64,000 nucleotides of DNA, taken from contig NC_043010.1 in the NCBI RefSeq assembly GCF_006345805.1, positions 62,248,001-62,312,000 of the forward strand, read 5' to 3'. Of this stretch, positions 34,956 through 48,560 are shown in pieces. Within the stretch, counting starts at the first letter, position 1, and every line of letters starts with the position of its first letter. Origin of the DNA: Octopus sinensis (Eukaryota). Below the pieces are notes generated by a model. That model was not told where the DNA came from. It did not search any database and saw only the letters and a program-made list of their open reading frames with translations. Made by a program: the position numbers and the translations under genes.

Positions 34956-35394
34956 TATATATAATAAATATATATATCATCATCATCATCAAATAAATAA
35001 ATATATATAAATAAATATATATATATAAATATATATATATTATATATATATATATATATAAATATATATATATATGGTTAGTTTCAAGTCTCTGAGTGAG
35101 AGATATACAGTAACACTACCGAATAGTAAGGTTTATTTGCCAACAGAATGTGGCAGTCCATATAAGGACGATATTGCTGTTGTTTATCCCCAGAAAGCAT
35201 CTTTTCCAGCTGTCTATTGGTACACAGTTTGTGTCCATATTGTATGAGCCAAGGAGGTCATCCCTCCCATCTCTAGCCTTCGTGATACTCACAGACCTAG
35301 GTTTCTGAATTCTTTCCTGTCTTCATAGGCTAGTGATGGGGGCTCACTCAACTCGCTTATACTATATAATTTTTAATTCACACACTAGTATGTT

Positions 35395-35777
<383 letters not shown>

Positions 35778-36702
35778 CACAATTTGGTTTCACTTAATTG
35801 AACTGCACAAGAAATAATTGCATAATATTCAGTTAATTGCATAAACAAATACACCAAATTTCAACTTAATTGCATAAGGTATATATGTATATATATAAAT
35901 TTATTTAGTAATAAGATAAAAAAGCCAAGGGTGTGTAGATTTTAGAACATTTATATATAAGTATATGTATATGTTTTTGTTTTTGTTTTTGGTAATTTTG
36001 TGTAAAAAAAAATAGTGGAAACCATTTGTGAAACAGCCTGTTTTTTTCTTCTCTTTTTGAGTAATTCCTAAAGCTTCCATCTTCCATCTTCCTGATGATT
36101 TAATGTGGTAGTAGTCACCATTTCATACTTACAACAAACCGATATCAAAGGAATTATATGTGTCCATATTATTCTTACCATTCTAATGAATTAAAGACAG
36201 TGCTTGGATTCGAGTTGAAATTTGTTTTCATCTTAGCTTTAATGGTGTCATAAAATTCTTCTACAAAATCACTAAAAAAAATTGCTTTTAATCAAAATCA
36301 ATTGGTGGACGGGCGCTGTGGTGTTATTTTCAGCCTGTGATTGGTGTAATTAAATTTTTATTAAACGACATCACCTTCGTTTTAACGCAAAGTGTATAAA
36401 ACATCATTGGCTGAACACACAAACCTGATTAAGGTTTGGTAATTAAAGAATACAGAAGGTAATTGAAACAACTCATTAAAGATAAGTTAAATAATAGTAA
36501 TAGTAATCTTGTGCTTTGGGAGGGTCATTACATCAATAATAACACATGCACTGGTTCAATATCACTTCTTTATTGTCGGCCAATTAGTTAAATATCCAAC
36601 AAAGTAACTGATCAATTGGTTGTTTGTTAGTCAAAGTTCTTTTGTCGCTGTTCATGAACTTCTCGGTGATTTGCCCTAAATTAATAATTACAATAGCAAC
36701 AA

Positions 36703-36722
36703 TCATCATCGTCGTCATCATT

Positions 36723-36755
<33 letters not shown>

Positions 36756-36855
36756 GTCATCATCATAATCATTATCATCGTCATCATCATCACCATCATC
36801 ATGATCATCGTCATACTCCTCCTCCTCCTTCTCATCATCATCATCATTATCATCG

Positions 36856-36889
<34 letters not shown>

Positions 36890-37210
36890 AATCATCTTCA
36901 ACATCATTGAAATAACCATTATCAACATCATCATCATCATCATCATTGTCATCATCATTTTCATCGTCATTATCATCATCAACATCCTCCTCCTCCTCCT
37001 CATCATAATCATCATTACCATCACCATCATCATCATCGTCGTCGTCATCATTGTCATCATCATCACCATCATCATCACCACCAGCTCCACCACCACCACC
37101 ACAATCACCACCACCACCACCATCATCATCATCATCGTCATAACTGTTTTAATGTCCATCAACATGGATCAAATGGAGTTTATTGATGCAGATGTTTTCA
37201 TGCCCAGATA
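36703..37210 (-). repeat. Degenerate (CAT)n tract (36703-37141), tail of a minus-strand family B fragment
   Basis: Tract is followed by TTTTAATGTCCATC..CATGGATCA..ATGGAGTTT. Confidence 0.75.
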
Positions 37211-37250
37211 CGCTTCTTGTCCAGTAATAAAGAAGTGACCACTGAAGCCT

Positions 37251-37461
37251 ACTAGGGTGCCATGAAAAAAGAGGACCCAGTACACTTTACGAGGTGGTTG
37301 GCATTAGGAAGGGGCATCCAGCTGTAGAAACCATGCCAAAACAGACATCGGAGCATGATGCTGACCTTGGGCATCTTCGCAAATCATCCCAGCCACGCCA
37401 ACATGGACATTAAATGATGACGTTGGAAACGATGATGATGATGAGGAGGAGGAGGAGGTGG

Positions 37462-37497
<36 letters not shown>

Positions 37498-37670
37498 ATG
37501 ATGATAACAATGATGATGATGGTGACAATTAAGATGATGATAATGATGACAACGACGATGATTATGACGACGGCAATGATGGTGGTGATGATGATGACAA
37601 CTATGTTGATGATGACGACGACGACGATGATGATGATGATGATGGTGACATGACAATGATGATGATGATG
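37251..37670 (+). mobile_element. Family B retroposon with expanded (GAT)n tail
   Basis: GTGGTTGGCATTAGGAAGGGGCATCCAGCTGTAGAAAC...GGACATTAAATGATG. Confidence 0.8.
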
Positions 37671-38599
37671 CATCTATGTATATATGTATATATATATATT
37701 ATTCAACATATTTATCTGGATGGACTTTGCTGCTACTCTAAGTTTCACCAGATGAATAGCATAACTATGATTTCAAAAGAATCATTCAGGCGAATTCAAT
37801 TCTTAAAAACTCGATTCTATTTTACACTCCAAGAAATGTTTAATAGTTACACTCTGCCTAATTTGTGTTGAATCAGATAACAGTATATATGTGTGTGTGT
37901 ATGTGCGCGCGTGTGTGTGTGTGTGTGTGTGTGTGTTTATGTAAACATATAAGCACACATTTTACTGATTTTGTACAGTATGTGCTGTGTGGTGTACATG
38001 TATTACAGGAGTACTGTATGTGTTGTACGATGCATACATACACTCACATGTACACACATGTGTATATGTGTGTGTCTGCATATTCATGTGTGTATATATG
38101 CACATACACATGACCACACACACGTACATATATATAAATGTATGAGTGTGGATTTGTAAGTAATTGCATGTGTATACACACATATACACAGGGACACTCG
38201 TGTTTGTGTATGTGAGTATATGTGGACATGTGTGTTCATACAGAAAAGTAAGGTAAAATTATGAACACGTGGCTTTTTCTTTTTTGTCCCCACACATTTA
38301 ACCTTATTGCAATTGTCCAAATGCAATTATTTTCTCTGTGTAGCAAGAACAAAGACATATCAATCTCACAAGTTTCAGTCTTTATTAATGTCTCATTAGA
38401 GATCACCCACTCATTTCTTCACCACAAAGATCAATAGCTTATTGCTATTTATAGTAGTCACAAACCTGGGCAGAAATGAATTAGTCTGCCCAACATGCAT
38501 AACAGCATAAGCATAGGCAACATCAACGAATGAATTAATAGAAGCAGTTCATAATGGTAGGTTACATGGAAATGTCAGCTAAACTTCTTTAAGTCGCTG

Positions 38600-38808
38600 C
38601 AAACAAGACATGTCTCTCGATGTCACACCAGGAATCTTTCTGTCACCCATTTGACTTGGTTGATCTTTAGTTCCATGCTGTATGTCTCTGCCAATAATAT
38701 CAATGTAGTTGAGTGGTCTTTGTCTTCTGTTAAGATGTGATTGTCTCCAAAACGTAACATCTGATACAGCCCGGTGTTTTGCAATAAAGCAGTCACCAGC
38801 AAAACCTT
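38600..38808 (-). pseudogene. RTE-type LINE ORF C-terminal remnant
   Basis: FAGDCF...VSDVTFW..SH..R..RPLNYIDIIGRD...MGDR matches the RFAGHC...W.P.H...RP...YID...RD....M.DR pattern. Confidence 0.6.
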
Positions 38809-38896
38809 CTATGTATGTATGTATGTATGTATGTATGTATGTATGTATGTATGTATGTATGTATGTATGTATCTATTTATATATATATATATATAT

Positions 38897-39100
38897 GTAA
38901 CCACATGTGAATCGTGGGTGATTTTTTCCCCTCCATTCTCTGGAACTTTCCTCTATTTCCTGTTTCTGAAGAAGAGCTTTGCTCGAAGCATAAAACCAAC
39001 TTTCTTTCCTTCCCTGAGCATCTGCTAATACTTTATATGTACCTCAGCCTTGCATTTTTGTTTTTTTCTTGTGTTTGTTCTTCGTGTTTGGATTTACTAT
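38897..39100 (+). mobile_element. Penelope-like pLTR fragment with decayed hammerhead (38962-38996)
   Basis: GTTT-CTGAAGA-A-GAGC-TTT-GCTC-GAAG-C-ATA-AAAC; flanked by TA repeats. Confidence 0.6.
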
Positions 39101-39107
39101 ATATATT

Positions 39108-39750
39108 TACCAAAATTGCATTAAAATATCTTGAAATACTAAAGAGTAAATTTTTTCAATAAAATCGCCATTAGCTTGAACCATGGCTTCCAGACGACTT
39201 CAGAATCTCCTGAAGCTCTTCTGCCATAATCTTTGCCTTCAGTTCATCTTTGGTGTTACAAGGAATTTTGTTGGTCTCTCGCTCAACTGTGCTCCACACA
39301 TAATAATAAAGAGGGTTGCAATCTGGGGAGTTAACTGGCCAGATGTTAGGGGTAATGTGGTCACAGAAATTGCCTAACAGCCATGATTGGGCTCTTCTGC
39401 TTGTGTGACATGGTGCAGAGTCCTGTTGCTGGACATAAGGTCTTCCAGCAGACACCCTCTTGACTCAGGGCAGCACTACCTCCTCCAGGCATTTGATGTA
39501 GACCTCCATGTTGAATCTGGGAAGATGAATGGATCACTCCAACCACCATAATGTTGACTGGATATTTGATTTTTATCATTCTCGGTACATATCCTCAGAT
39601 TGCACTGTTCTCAGATTGACAACCAAACACTCTGAAATGTTCGTATTGGAGCTTCCAGCGTGAATGCCAAGCAGTACAGCATGTTCTTTCCAAATAAGTG
39701 GTAAAGCCTCAGAACAGGTCTTCTGCTGCCAGGTAGACACACGGCTACTT
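39108..39750 (-). pseudogene. Tc1/mariner DD37D (maT) transposase remnant, internally deleted
   Basis: QQDSAPCH...WPVNSPDCNPLY(D>Y)YYVW with 37 residues between the 2nd and 3rd catalytic positions; upstream KYPVNIMVVGVI and an HTH-like N-terminus. Confidence 0.85.
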
Positions 39751-39860
39751 ATACCATAAAATAAAGGGTGGGAGTAGATGGGGTAGAACCAGAAAGAAAG
39801 GAAAACAGATGTCAGAACCCCAAGATATGAAGGGAGCAGAATTGAGTGAGGGGAAAAAGC

Positions 39861-40045
39861 AGCCATGACAGCATCATACAAAAAGCTCACATCACACTGT
39901 AACGTGGTTGGTATTAGGAAGGCATCCAGCTGTAGAAACCATGATTGGAGCCTGGTGCAGTCCTCTGGTTTGTCAGCTTCTGTGAAACCATCCAGCCCAT
40001 GTCAGCACGGAAAATGGATGTTCAATGATGATGATGATGATGATG
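39861..40045 (+). mobile_element. Family B retroposon
   Basis: GTGGTTGGTATTAGGAAGGCATCCAGCTGTAGAAAC...(GAT)n. Confidence 0.8.
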
Positions 40046-40489
40046 ACAGGAGATAAATAAGTGTGGAAGAGCAGAGGCTGAAAGAATGCACGAGAGAGTG
40101 CGAGATGGTTAAGGATAAGGGAATCAGAGGTGGGGACATAATGAAGAACATGTGTTGAGAGATTGCAAGTAAGGGAGAGGGTGAGGAAGGAGGTGAGGGA
40201 AGAGGGGGACGTGTGTATCCGTAAGCATCACTTACAAGCAAGGATATTTGGGTAGGATGTACCCTCTTCTTTGCTCTGTAGATGTGATGAGACATAAACA
40301 CCCACTCGACTCTCCTGATCCAGGACTCATCAAAATATCAAAAATGTTGTGATGTGACAGCTGGAGAGAGAGGGAGAGATGGGAGGGGAGAAAGGGAATG
40401 ATGCGGGGGAGGGAGAGCAGGGAGGGATAGAGATGAGGGAGAAAGAGAGAGAGAGAGGGGAGGGAGGGAGAGAGAGTGATGAGGGGGAG

Positions 40490-40658
40490 ATGCACCAACT
40501 TTTGGCTGGTGTTCCTTTTCAGCAGAGTGTCTTGCTGCAATTCTGAAATAAAGTGTCTTGATCAAGGAACACAACACACACTGCCTAGTCCAGGAACTGA
40601 ACCTACAATCACACGGTCTTGAGCACAGTGCCCTAACCACTAGGCCACAAGCCTTCAG
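40490..40658 (-). mobile_element. tRNA-derived SINE with CORE-like segment
   Basis: Minus strand TGAAGGCTTGTGGCCTAGTGGTTAGGGC...GGTTCAGTTCC...CCTTGATCAAGACACTTTATTTC. Confidence 0.65.
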
Positions 40659-40992
40659 CTCCCTCCCCGACACATTACCTGAAGTATCCAGTATGTTTTG
40701 TGCTAAGCAGTGTGAAATTGCTAAAATAAAAGCAAGAAAAAATTTCCCTCTGATATGTTGGAAAAAATTCCGTTTCTGATAATAAAATATTTTTCCTTCT
40801 CCTGCATCAATTTCATTCATCTTTTTATTGAAAAAAATAAAATCTTCTTTTTGTGAATTGGATCATTAAATCTCAGATTTTAAATTATATTTATATTGAT
40901 TTTCTTTTTTTTTCTTTTAAAGAAAAGTTTCCACCTCAACTGAGATTTATTTTAACTCAATGAATACAAATCTAGAAGAGTCTTACATGGTT

Positions 40993-41158
40993 AGGTGCAG
41001 GTGTGGCTGTGAGGTAAGAAGCTTGCCTACCAACCACATGCTTCTGGGTTCAGTCCCGCAGTGCTGTACCTTGGGCATGCACCTTCTATTTACTATAACC
41101 TCAAGTCAATGAGGGCCTTGTAAATGGATTTAGTGGAGGGAAACTGAAAGAAATCCAT
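40993..41158 (+). mobile_element. SINE family A 5' half
   Basis: AGGTGCAGGTGTGGCTGTG...GGAAACTGAAAGAA. Confidence 0.8.
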
Positions 41159-41294
41159 CATATATCTATATCTATCTGTCTATATACATACATACACACC
41201 ACACACACACACACACATATATACATATATATGTATTCATGCATGCATGCATACATACATATATATATATACACACACACATATATACATATAT

Positions 41295-41670
41295 ATCATC
41301 ATCATCCTCATCGTCGTTTAACGCCCGCTTTTCATGCTGGCATGGGTTGGACAGTTTGACTGAGGACTGGTGAGCCAGGAGCTCCAATCTGATCTGGCAG
41401 AGTTTCTACAGCTGGATGCCCTTTTTAATGCCAACCACTCCGAGAGTGTAGTGGGTGCTTTTATGTGCCACCAGCACAGAAGCCAGTCAAAGCGACACTG
41501 GCATCAGCCACGTTCAGATGGTGCTTTTTACATGCTACCAGCACGGGGCTCACAACTACAATTTCCATTTGATTTGATTTTGATATTGCTGTTGATGTTG
41601 ATATATATGACTCAATAGATCTCCTGAAGCACAGCATGTTGCCCTACGATCTAAGGTACTTTTGAGTGAG
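41295..41670 (-). mobile_element. Family B retroposon
   Basis: Colinear with 14604-14950. Confidence 0.8.
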
Positions 41671-41685
41671 CTATATATAATATGC

Positions 41686-41773
<88 letters not shown>

Positions 41774-41948
41774 ATAATAAATATTAGGGAATAAATCCAA
41801 ATTTACAGGGAAAAAATCAGATTTAGGATTAAATCGATTTTATAGTAAATATTATAAATATTATTCGAGACAAAACCACTATTTTGCAAAACAAACAAGG
41901 AAAGACTTAATCAATACATAAAATTTTAATAAATAGTCAAAAAAACCG

Positions 41949-41991
41949 CCACTACAATCGTTTCTTGTCTTGATCGACAATCTTCAGGTGG
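41949..41991 (-). ncRNA. Minimal type-I hammerhead ribozyme
   Basis: Exact reverse complement of 42052-42094. Confidence 0.75.
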
Positions 41992-42051
41992 ACTTCCAAT
42001 AATTCAGTGTCAAATTATGAAGTCATAATTTGACACTGAATTATTGGAAGT

Positions 42052-42094
42052 CCACCTGAAGATTGTCGATCAAGACAAGAAACGATTGTAGTGG
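42052..42094 (+). ncRNA. Minimal type-I hammerhead ribozyme
   Basis: CCAC-CUGAAGA-UUGUC-GAUCAA-GACAA-GAAA-C-GAUU-GUA-GUGG; all core residues present, GUA cleavage triplet (cut after 42090). Confidence 0.78.
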
Positions 42095-42210
42095 CGGTTT
42101 TTTTGACTATTATTAAAATTTTATGTATTAAGTCTTTCCTGTTTGTTTTGCAAAATAGTGGTTTTGTCTCGAATAATATTTTATTATATATATTATATAT
42201 ATATATATAT

Positions 42211-42242
<32 letters not shown>

Positions 42243-42671
42243 ATATATGCTTACATATATGTATAACATATACATATATGGGTACAGGACGTCATAGAAC
42301 GTAAACAACATGAAATCCAAAAACATGGAATACAAACTTTTTTTGCAAACAACAAAGAAGCAAATGGAAAACAAGACAAGCAACGTAAAGAACGACCCTT
42401 CATTAGTTGTCAGTTGTTTTTCTACTCCATATTTTGAGCAAGAGTGTAATGGGTGCGTTTGCATGTCACTGGTACGGGTGCCAGTCGCGTGACACCAGTA
42501 TCTGCCACGACTAAAATTTCACTTTGCTTGATGGGTCTTCCTTCTCAAGCACAGTATATCTCCAAAGGTCTCAGTTATTTGTCATTGCCTCTATGAGACC
42601 CAGCACTCGAAAGGTGCTCTTTACATGCCACCAGTATGGGCACTCATTGCATGGCACCAGCATCAGCCTAC

Positions 42672-42803
42672 AACAGGCTACTTGCAGTTTCTGTCTACCA
42701 AGAATTTGGTTGACCCGTGGCCATAGTAGAAGATAACTTGCCCACAGTGAGACTGAACCCGAAACCATGCAGTTGGGAAGCAAAGTTCTTAGCACACAGC
42801 CAC
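42672..42803 (-). mobile_element. SINE family A 5' half, diverged
   Basis: CAGTTTCTGTCTACCAA...GACTGAACCCG...CACACAGCCAC. Confidence 0.7.
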
Positions 42804-42836
42804 AGAGATATACTCAAGCTATCATAAATGTATCAT

Positions 42837-43275
42837 CAGGACTGGATTAAGACCCATAGAGGCCCTGAGCACTTAAAAGGGTTTGGTGCCCTCAAATGTA
42901 TATAAATGGTTCAAAATGTAAACAATAATAAACCATAAAATAAATTATTTTTCAAAATGAAATAAAGTTCACAGTAAGATGGAAAAAAATGTGTATTCTT
43001 GTATGCTTCCATTTTATTTATATTTGAAAAGTTTTTTCCTTTGTTTTTCTTTATTTTTAATTACAAAGTCTTTGATGATATCGTTAAAATTAACTTTAGG
43101 TAATACATTTGCATCTATACTTAGTATAGATAAAAGCATCCCAAATATTATTTCAGCAAGTTTAAAGGGATTTCTTTTGTGCCATAGACCATTTACCATT
43201 TTTGTGGTGCTCCTCCCCCCTTCCCTTGATGACCTAAGCATGTGCTTACTTAGCTTAGTGGATAATCCAGCGCTG
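42837..43275. mobile_element. hAT-type MITE
   Basis: TIRs CAGGACTGGATTA / TAATCCAGCGCTG; perfect 8-bp TSD TGTATCAT (42829-42836, 43276-43283). Confidence 0.85.
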
Positions 43276-43287
43276 TGTATCATTGAT

Positions 43288-43472
43288 ATTCTTTTCTACT
43301 CCAGGCACAAGGCCCAAAATTTTTGGGGAGGGTGTCAGTTGATTAGATCGACCCCGAAAGGATGAAAGGCAAAGTCGACCTCGGCGGAATTTGAACTCAG
43401 AACATAGCGGCAGACAAAATACCGCTAAGCATTTCGACTGGCGTCTTAACGATTCTGCTATCTTGCCCCCTT
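43288..43472 (-). mobile_element. SINE family C with target-site duplication
   Basis: TSD (T)GTGTATCATTGAT at 43274-43287 and 43472-43485. Confidence 0.9.
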
Positions 43473-43849
43473 GTGTATCATTGATCTAGGTTCAGAACTA
43501 ATCTGATCTGAAGAGTTCTGATTTTATTGATTTTGAAAGATTTCAGTTCGTCCATCTTTTTGTTCCGGTCTCAGATGCCCATGTCGGGGGTTTTAGCTCT
43601 AACAAATCGTGGGTCTTTTCTCCATGTGAATATTTCACCAATAAACTTTCTAATTCAAAAATGTCTATAAACATATACACACACACATATATATACACAT
43701 ATGCATAGGGTTGCTTTACAAATTGTCGCACAGGCATAAAAGTGCTCAGCACCCTCTTTTAAAATCTGTGTGTGTGTATATGAGGGTATATAGTAACCCA
43801 TACCACACACAAATCCCTAGCTACTCGTTTCCTACCATCTTAGTTACCA

Positions 43850-46043
43850 GTCATACACATACATAATTTTAATATGTATACACATACACACGTACATACA
43901 TATACACACATGAACATACATATATAAATTCATACACATATTCACACATACAAATATATGGATGCATGCATGTATATATGTGTATATATATATATGAATA
44001 TGTAAAAACTTATATACGCAAACATGAACACAGAACCATACATACGCACACAGATGTTTATGTGTGTGCGTATATACACTGTTTAACCCACTATCGTTTT
44101 CAATATATACACATACATATATATATATATATATGTGTGTGTATATATATGTGTGTGTGTGTATATATATATATAAATATATATATATCTAGGTATTTAT
44201 ATATATATGTATTATATATATATGTATATATATATATAATATATATAGTGTGTGGGGTGTGTGTATGGTGTATATATATATATATATAATATATATATAT
44301 AAATATATATACACACACACATATTCTATTCAGACATACAGATACCATTCGCACCCACACTCACACCACCACCAAACCCACCACTACCACCACCACCACC
44401 ACCACCACTACTACCATTACTACCCACATATGCATACATACACTTACCTACTTCTTGGTACATATAACATTACTCAAATATGCTATTATAGTTGAGCTTA
44501 CAGACTCACCCTCTCTCCCTCTACACACACACACACAAACACACTCACACACATATAATACAGACACACACGCATACATATATGCAAACATGCATTTACA
44601 AATATGATGAGCATTTGTATAAATATATATCTTTCTGGTATAAGCAGAGACACACACACACACACATATATATATATAATATATATACACACACTTGCAC
44701 ACACATCTATTTGTATAAAATATACTCACAGACACACAAGCTCTGTGAATATATGAATTGTGTGGAGGGCCTACGTAGAAACACACAGATGTGTGTGAGA
44801 GCGTGTGTGAATGCATGTATAGAATTGTGTGTGTGTGGCTGGTGGCGTGTGGTGTGTAGATATTTAATAGCAGAATGAAGTATGCGCCTGACAACCATTT
44901 CCAACTAGGTCATATGTAGTGTGTTTAAATTAGAGTGCACAAGACGACGCATACGTGTACACACGCATGCGTACACACACACACACACACATCTCTACTA
45001 TACTAACTTTATATGTATATATATGTATATATATATATATAAAAATATATATACATACGTAAGTATATATATATATATATTATATATATATATATAATAA
45101 TTTATATATATATATATATATAAAGAGGAGAGATAGATGTAAGTACATATATATATATATATATGTATATATACTCGTGCATTCATAGATATATACATAC
45201 ACACACACATATATATTATATATATAATAGTGAGAGATAGAAGGTATAATCTATCTATCTATCTATCTATCTATCTATTTATCTATAATGTGAATCAATA
45301 CACACATATATATCCATGTAAATATATTAATATATATATATACATATCAATATATATATAAATATATATATCCATATATATATAAAAATATAAATATATA
45401 TATACACACACATATATATATATATCCATATATATATATATATATACACATACACATATATGTATATATATATATGTTTATACATATATATATATGTACA
45501 TATATGTATATATATATATATGTGTGTGTGTATATACATATATATGTAAATATATATATAATTATATACATGCATTTATATATGTATGTATACATGTATT
45601 ATCTATCATCTATATATCGCTATCTATCTATCTATCTCTATCTATCTATCTATTATATATTATATATATATATATATATGTATATTAATATATATATATA
45701 TAATATATTATGGAGATAGATACAGAAAGAGAGGAGAGGAGTGAAAGTAGTATATATTTACATATTGCGGACGCGCGCACACACACACACTCATCCGTCA
45801 AATATAGCGAGGTATCCCCATGATCGTGCAATCCACCAACGGCCCCTTCTCTCTCTCACTCCCTCACTAATGTTATGATACACACTCACACACGGGGACA
45901 TAAAACTAAATTTAATTGCAGGTAACACACACGAAGAAATATATACATACGCTATTAAAGATATATACATAGCACTGTCTTTTATTCGCGTGTGCGCACG
46001 TGTACATACATACATACACACATACACACACACACACATACAT

Positions 46044-46123
<80 letters not shown>

Positions 46124-46935
46124 TAACACATTTGTCTATATATACATTTACCTGTATGTGTATGTATATATATATCATTGTGTCTATGTGTGTGCGTTTG
46201 TGGGTGTATGTATGTGCTTATATACATATATGTATGTATATATATATATATACACACACACGCACGGATACCTATAAGCAGAATCATGTGATATATACAC
46301 ATATATGCGCCGTGTGTGTGAGAAAAGTGGATATATATACATATATAGAGATAGATAGATGGAAAAATAGAGAGAGAAAGAGAAATAAATAGCTATAGAT
46401 ATGTCCAAATCTATATGTATATATATATGTATGTATGTATGTGTGTGTGTGTGTGTGTGTGGATTTGTGTGTGTTCATGCGTATGTATGTGTGTGTTTCT
46501 AACCACACACTAACCCCGTACACATATGGCAACTATTATAGATTGCCATCATGCTGTAAAGGAGAAAGGCTTACATGGCGTTATATACGCACACACACAC
46601 ACACAGCAATATATCTACATACAATTTGGGACAACCTCTCTTCTGCTTGTCATCGCTTACACAACATATTTCGTACAAAATGCAATTTTTTTTACAAAAA
46701 AAGAGATACATACATACAAACACACACACACACATACATATATATGTGTGTTTGTGTGTATATGTATACGCACACATATATATATATATGTGTGTGTGTG
46801 TGTGCGTGTATATATATTTATACGTATGTGTGTGTGTATCTATTATCTATATACACACGCACATTGTAATGATTAAATTATCTTCATATATATACGCGTG
46901 TATCAATGCAAATATATATACCTATATATATAATA

Positions 46936-46975
<40 letters not shown>

Positions 46976-47444
46976 TATGTGTGTATGTGTAGGTGTAGTA
47001 GTATTAAAATTAAAGATATACGCCAGCACATGCGTGTGCATAAATTTGTGTATATATATTGGTGCACCTTTAATGTACGGGCACATTTTTTGCGAAGTTA
47101 ATCTACACACACAACCGACACACACGTAAATGCACACTCACATACACACTTATATATCCATATATAAAACGAAATCTATATGCGTGATTTTCTATATGTA
47201 TATATATATATATGTGTGTGTGTTTGGGTTTGTGTGTAAACGCGCCATTTCCACTTGTATGTTCTATTATCAAACTTTCAAAACCTCTTTCAAACACTTA
47301 ATATATCCAAAACCAAAATCAATAACTAATAAGAATGCAGTTAAATATCTTAATTTATTGTTAAAATCTGATCTGGTTCTTTTCTAGACGCATGCATCTA
47401 CCTGCAATTATCTTTATGTCATATCTATCTATCTATATACCTAC

Positions 47445-47529
<85 letters not shown>

Positions 47530-47558
47530 CATATCTATCTATCTATCTATCTATCCAC

Positions 47559-47593
<35 letters not shown>

Positions 47594-47599
47594 CATCCA

Positions 47600-47630
<31 letters not shown>

Positions 47631-47632
47631 AT

Positions 47633-47677
<45 letters not shown>

Positions 47678-47680
47678 ATG

Positions 47681-47747
<67 letters not shown>

Positions 47748-47864
47748 GTCTGTCTGTCTATCTATCTGTTTGTCTGCTGTCTGTCTATATACTTGTGAAA
47801 TTCTTATTTCCGCCAGTATTTATCTTTTAATCTATCACTTTCACACACCTGCACAATACACCCG

Positions 47865-47896
<32 letters not shown>

Positions 47897-48179
47897 ATAT
47901 ATATATTATATATATATATACACCATTCATAAATGCCCCACATTCTCTCACCCTCTTTCTCTCACATACATAACCACACCCCCACACACACCAATATATA
48001 TATATATATATATATAACGGACATACATACATAAATACATAAATATATATATATATATATGTATGTATGCATGTATATATATATGTATGTATATATATAT
48101 ATGTATGTATATATATATATGTATATATATATATATGTATGTATATATATATATGTATGTATATATATATGTATGTATG

Positions 48180-48231
<52 letters not shown>

Positions 48232-48350
48232 TGTATGTATGTACGTATGTATGTATGTACGTATATATATATGTATGTATGCATGTATACACACACACAT
48301 ACATATATATACACACACACACATGCATATATATATACACACACATCTGT
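43850..48350. repeat. Field of TA/CA/TATG/CTAT microsatellites, including (CTAT)n at 47420-47765
   Basis: Direct inspection; source of many spurious Y/I/H/T ORFs. Confidence 0.85.
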
Positions 48351-48384
48351 ATGTCAAAGTTTTTGCAGGTTGAACAAGTATCAA

Positions 48385-48560
48385 CAGTGAGCCAAACGGC
48401 CAGTCAGTAGTTACGCTAGAAATAGCAGCCAAGTGTTCCTAATGGCACAATCCTATATAAACAACAGATCATCTTAAACCTAAAGCAACACGCTCTGTCC
48501 GAAGCCAAAGAGACGAGACAGTCACGGCTGGAAGGCTTCTGATCGATACCCCCTACAAAA
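48385..48560 (-). mobile_element. Family F repeat
   Basis: GCTAGAAATAGCAGCCAA...GTCACGGCTGGAAGGCTTCTGATC. Confidence 0.55.

Larger units (their letters stand above)
41783..42181. mobile_element. Penelope-like pLTR (family I) in fold-back arrangement; palindrome arms 41856-42020 and 42023-42181
   Basis: 2-nt spacer (AG); no substitutions seen, three small indels; embedded in (TA)n. Confidence 0.85.

Noticed and set aside
38310-38331. Resemblance to mature miR-219 (ATTGTCCAAATGCAATT)
   Set aside because: Seed mismatch and no convincing precursor hairpin
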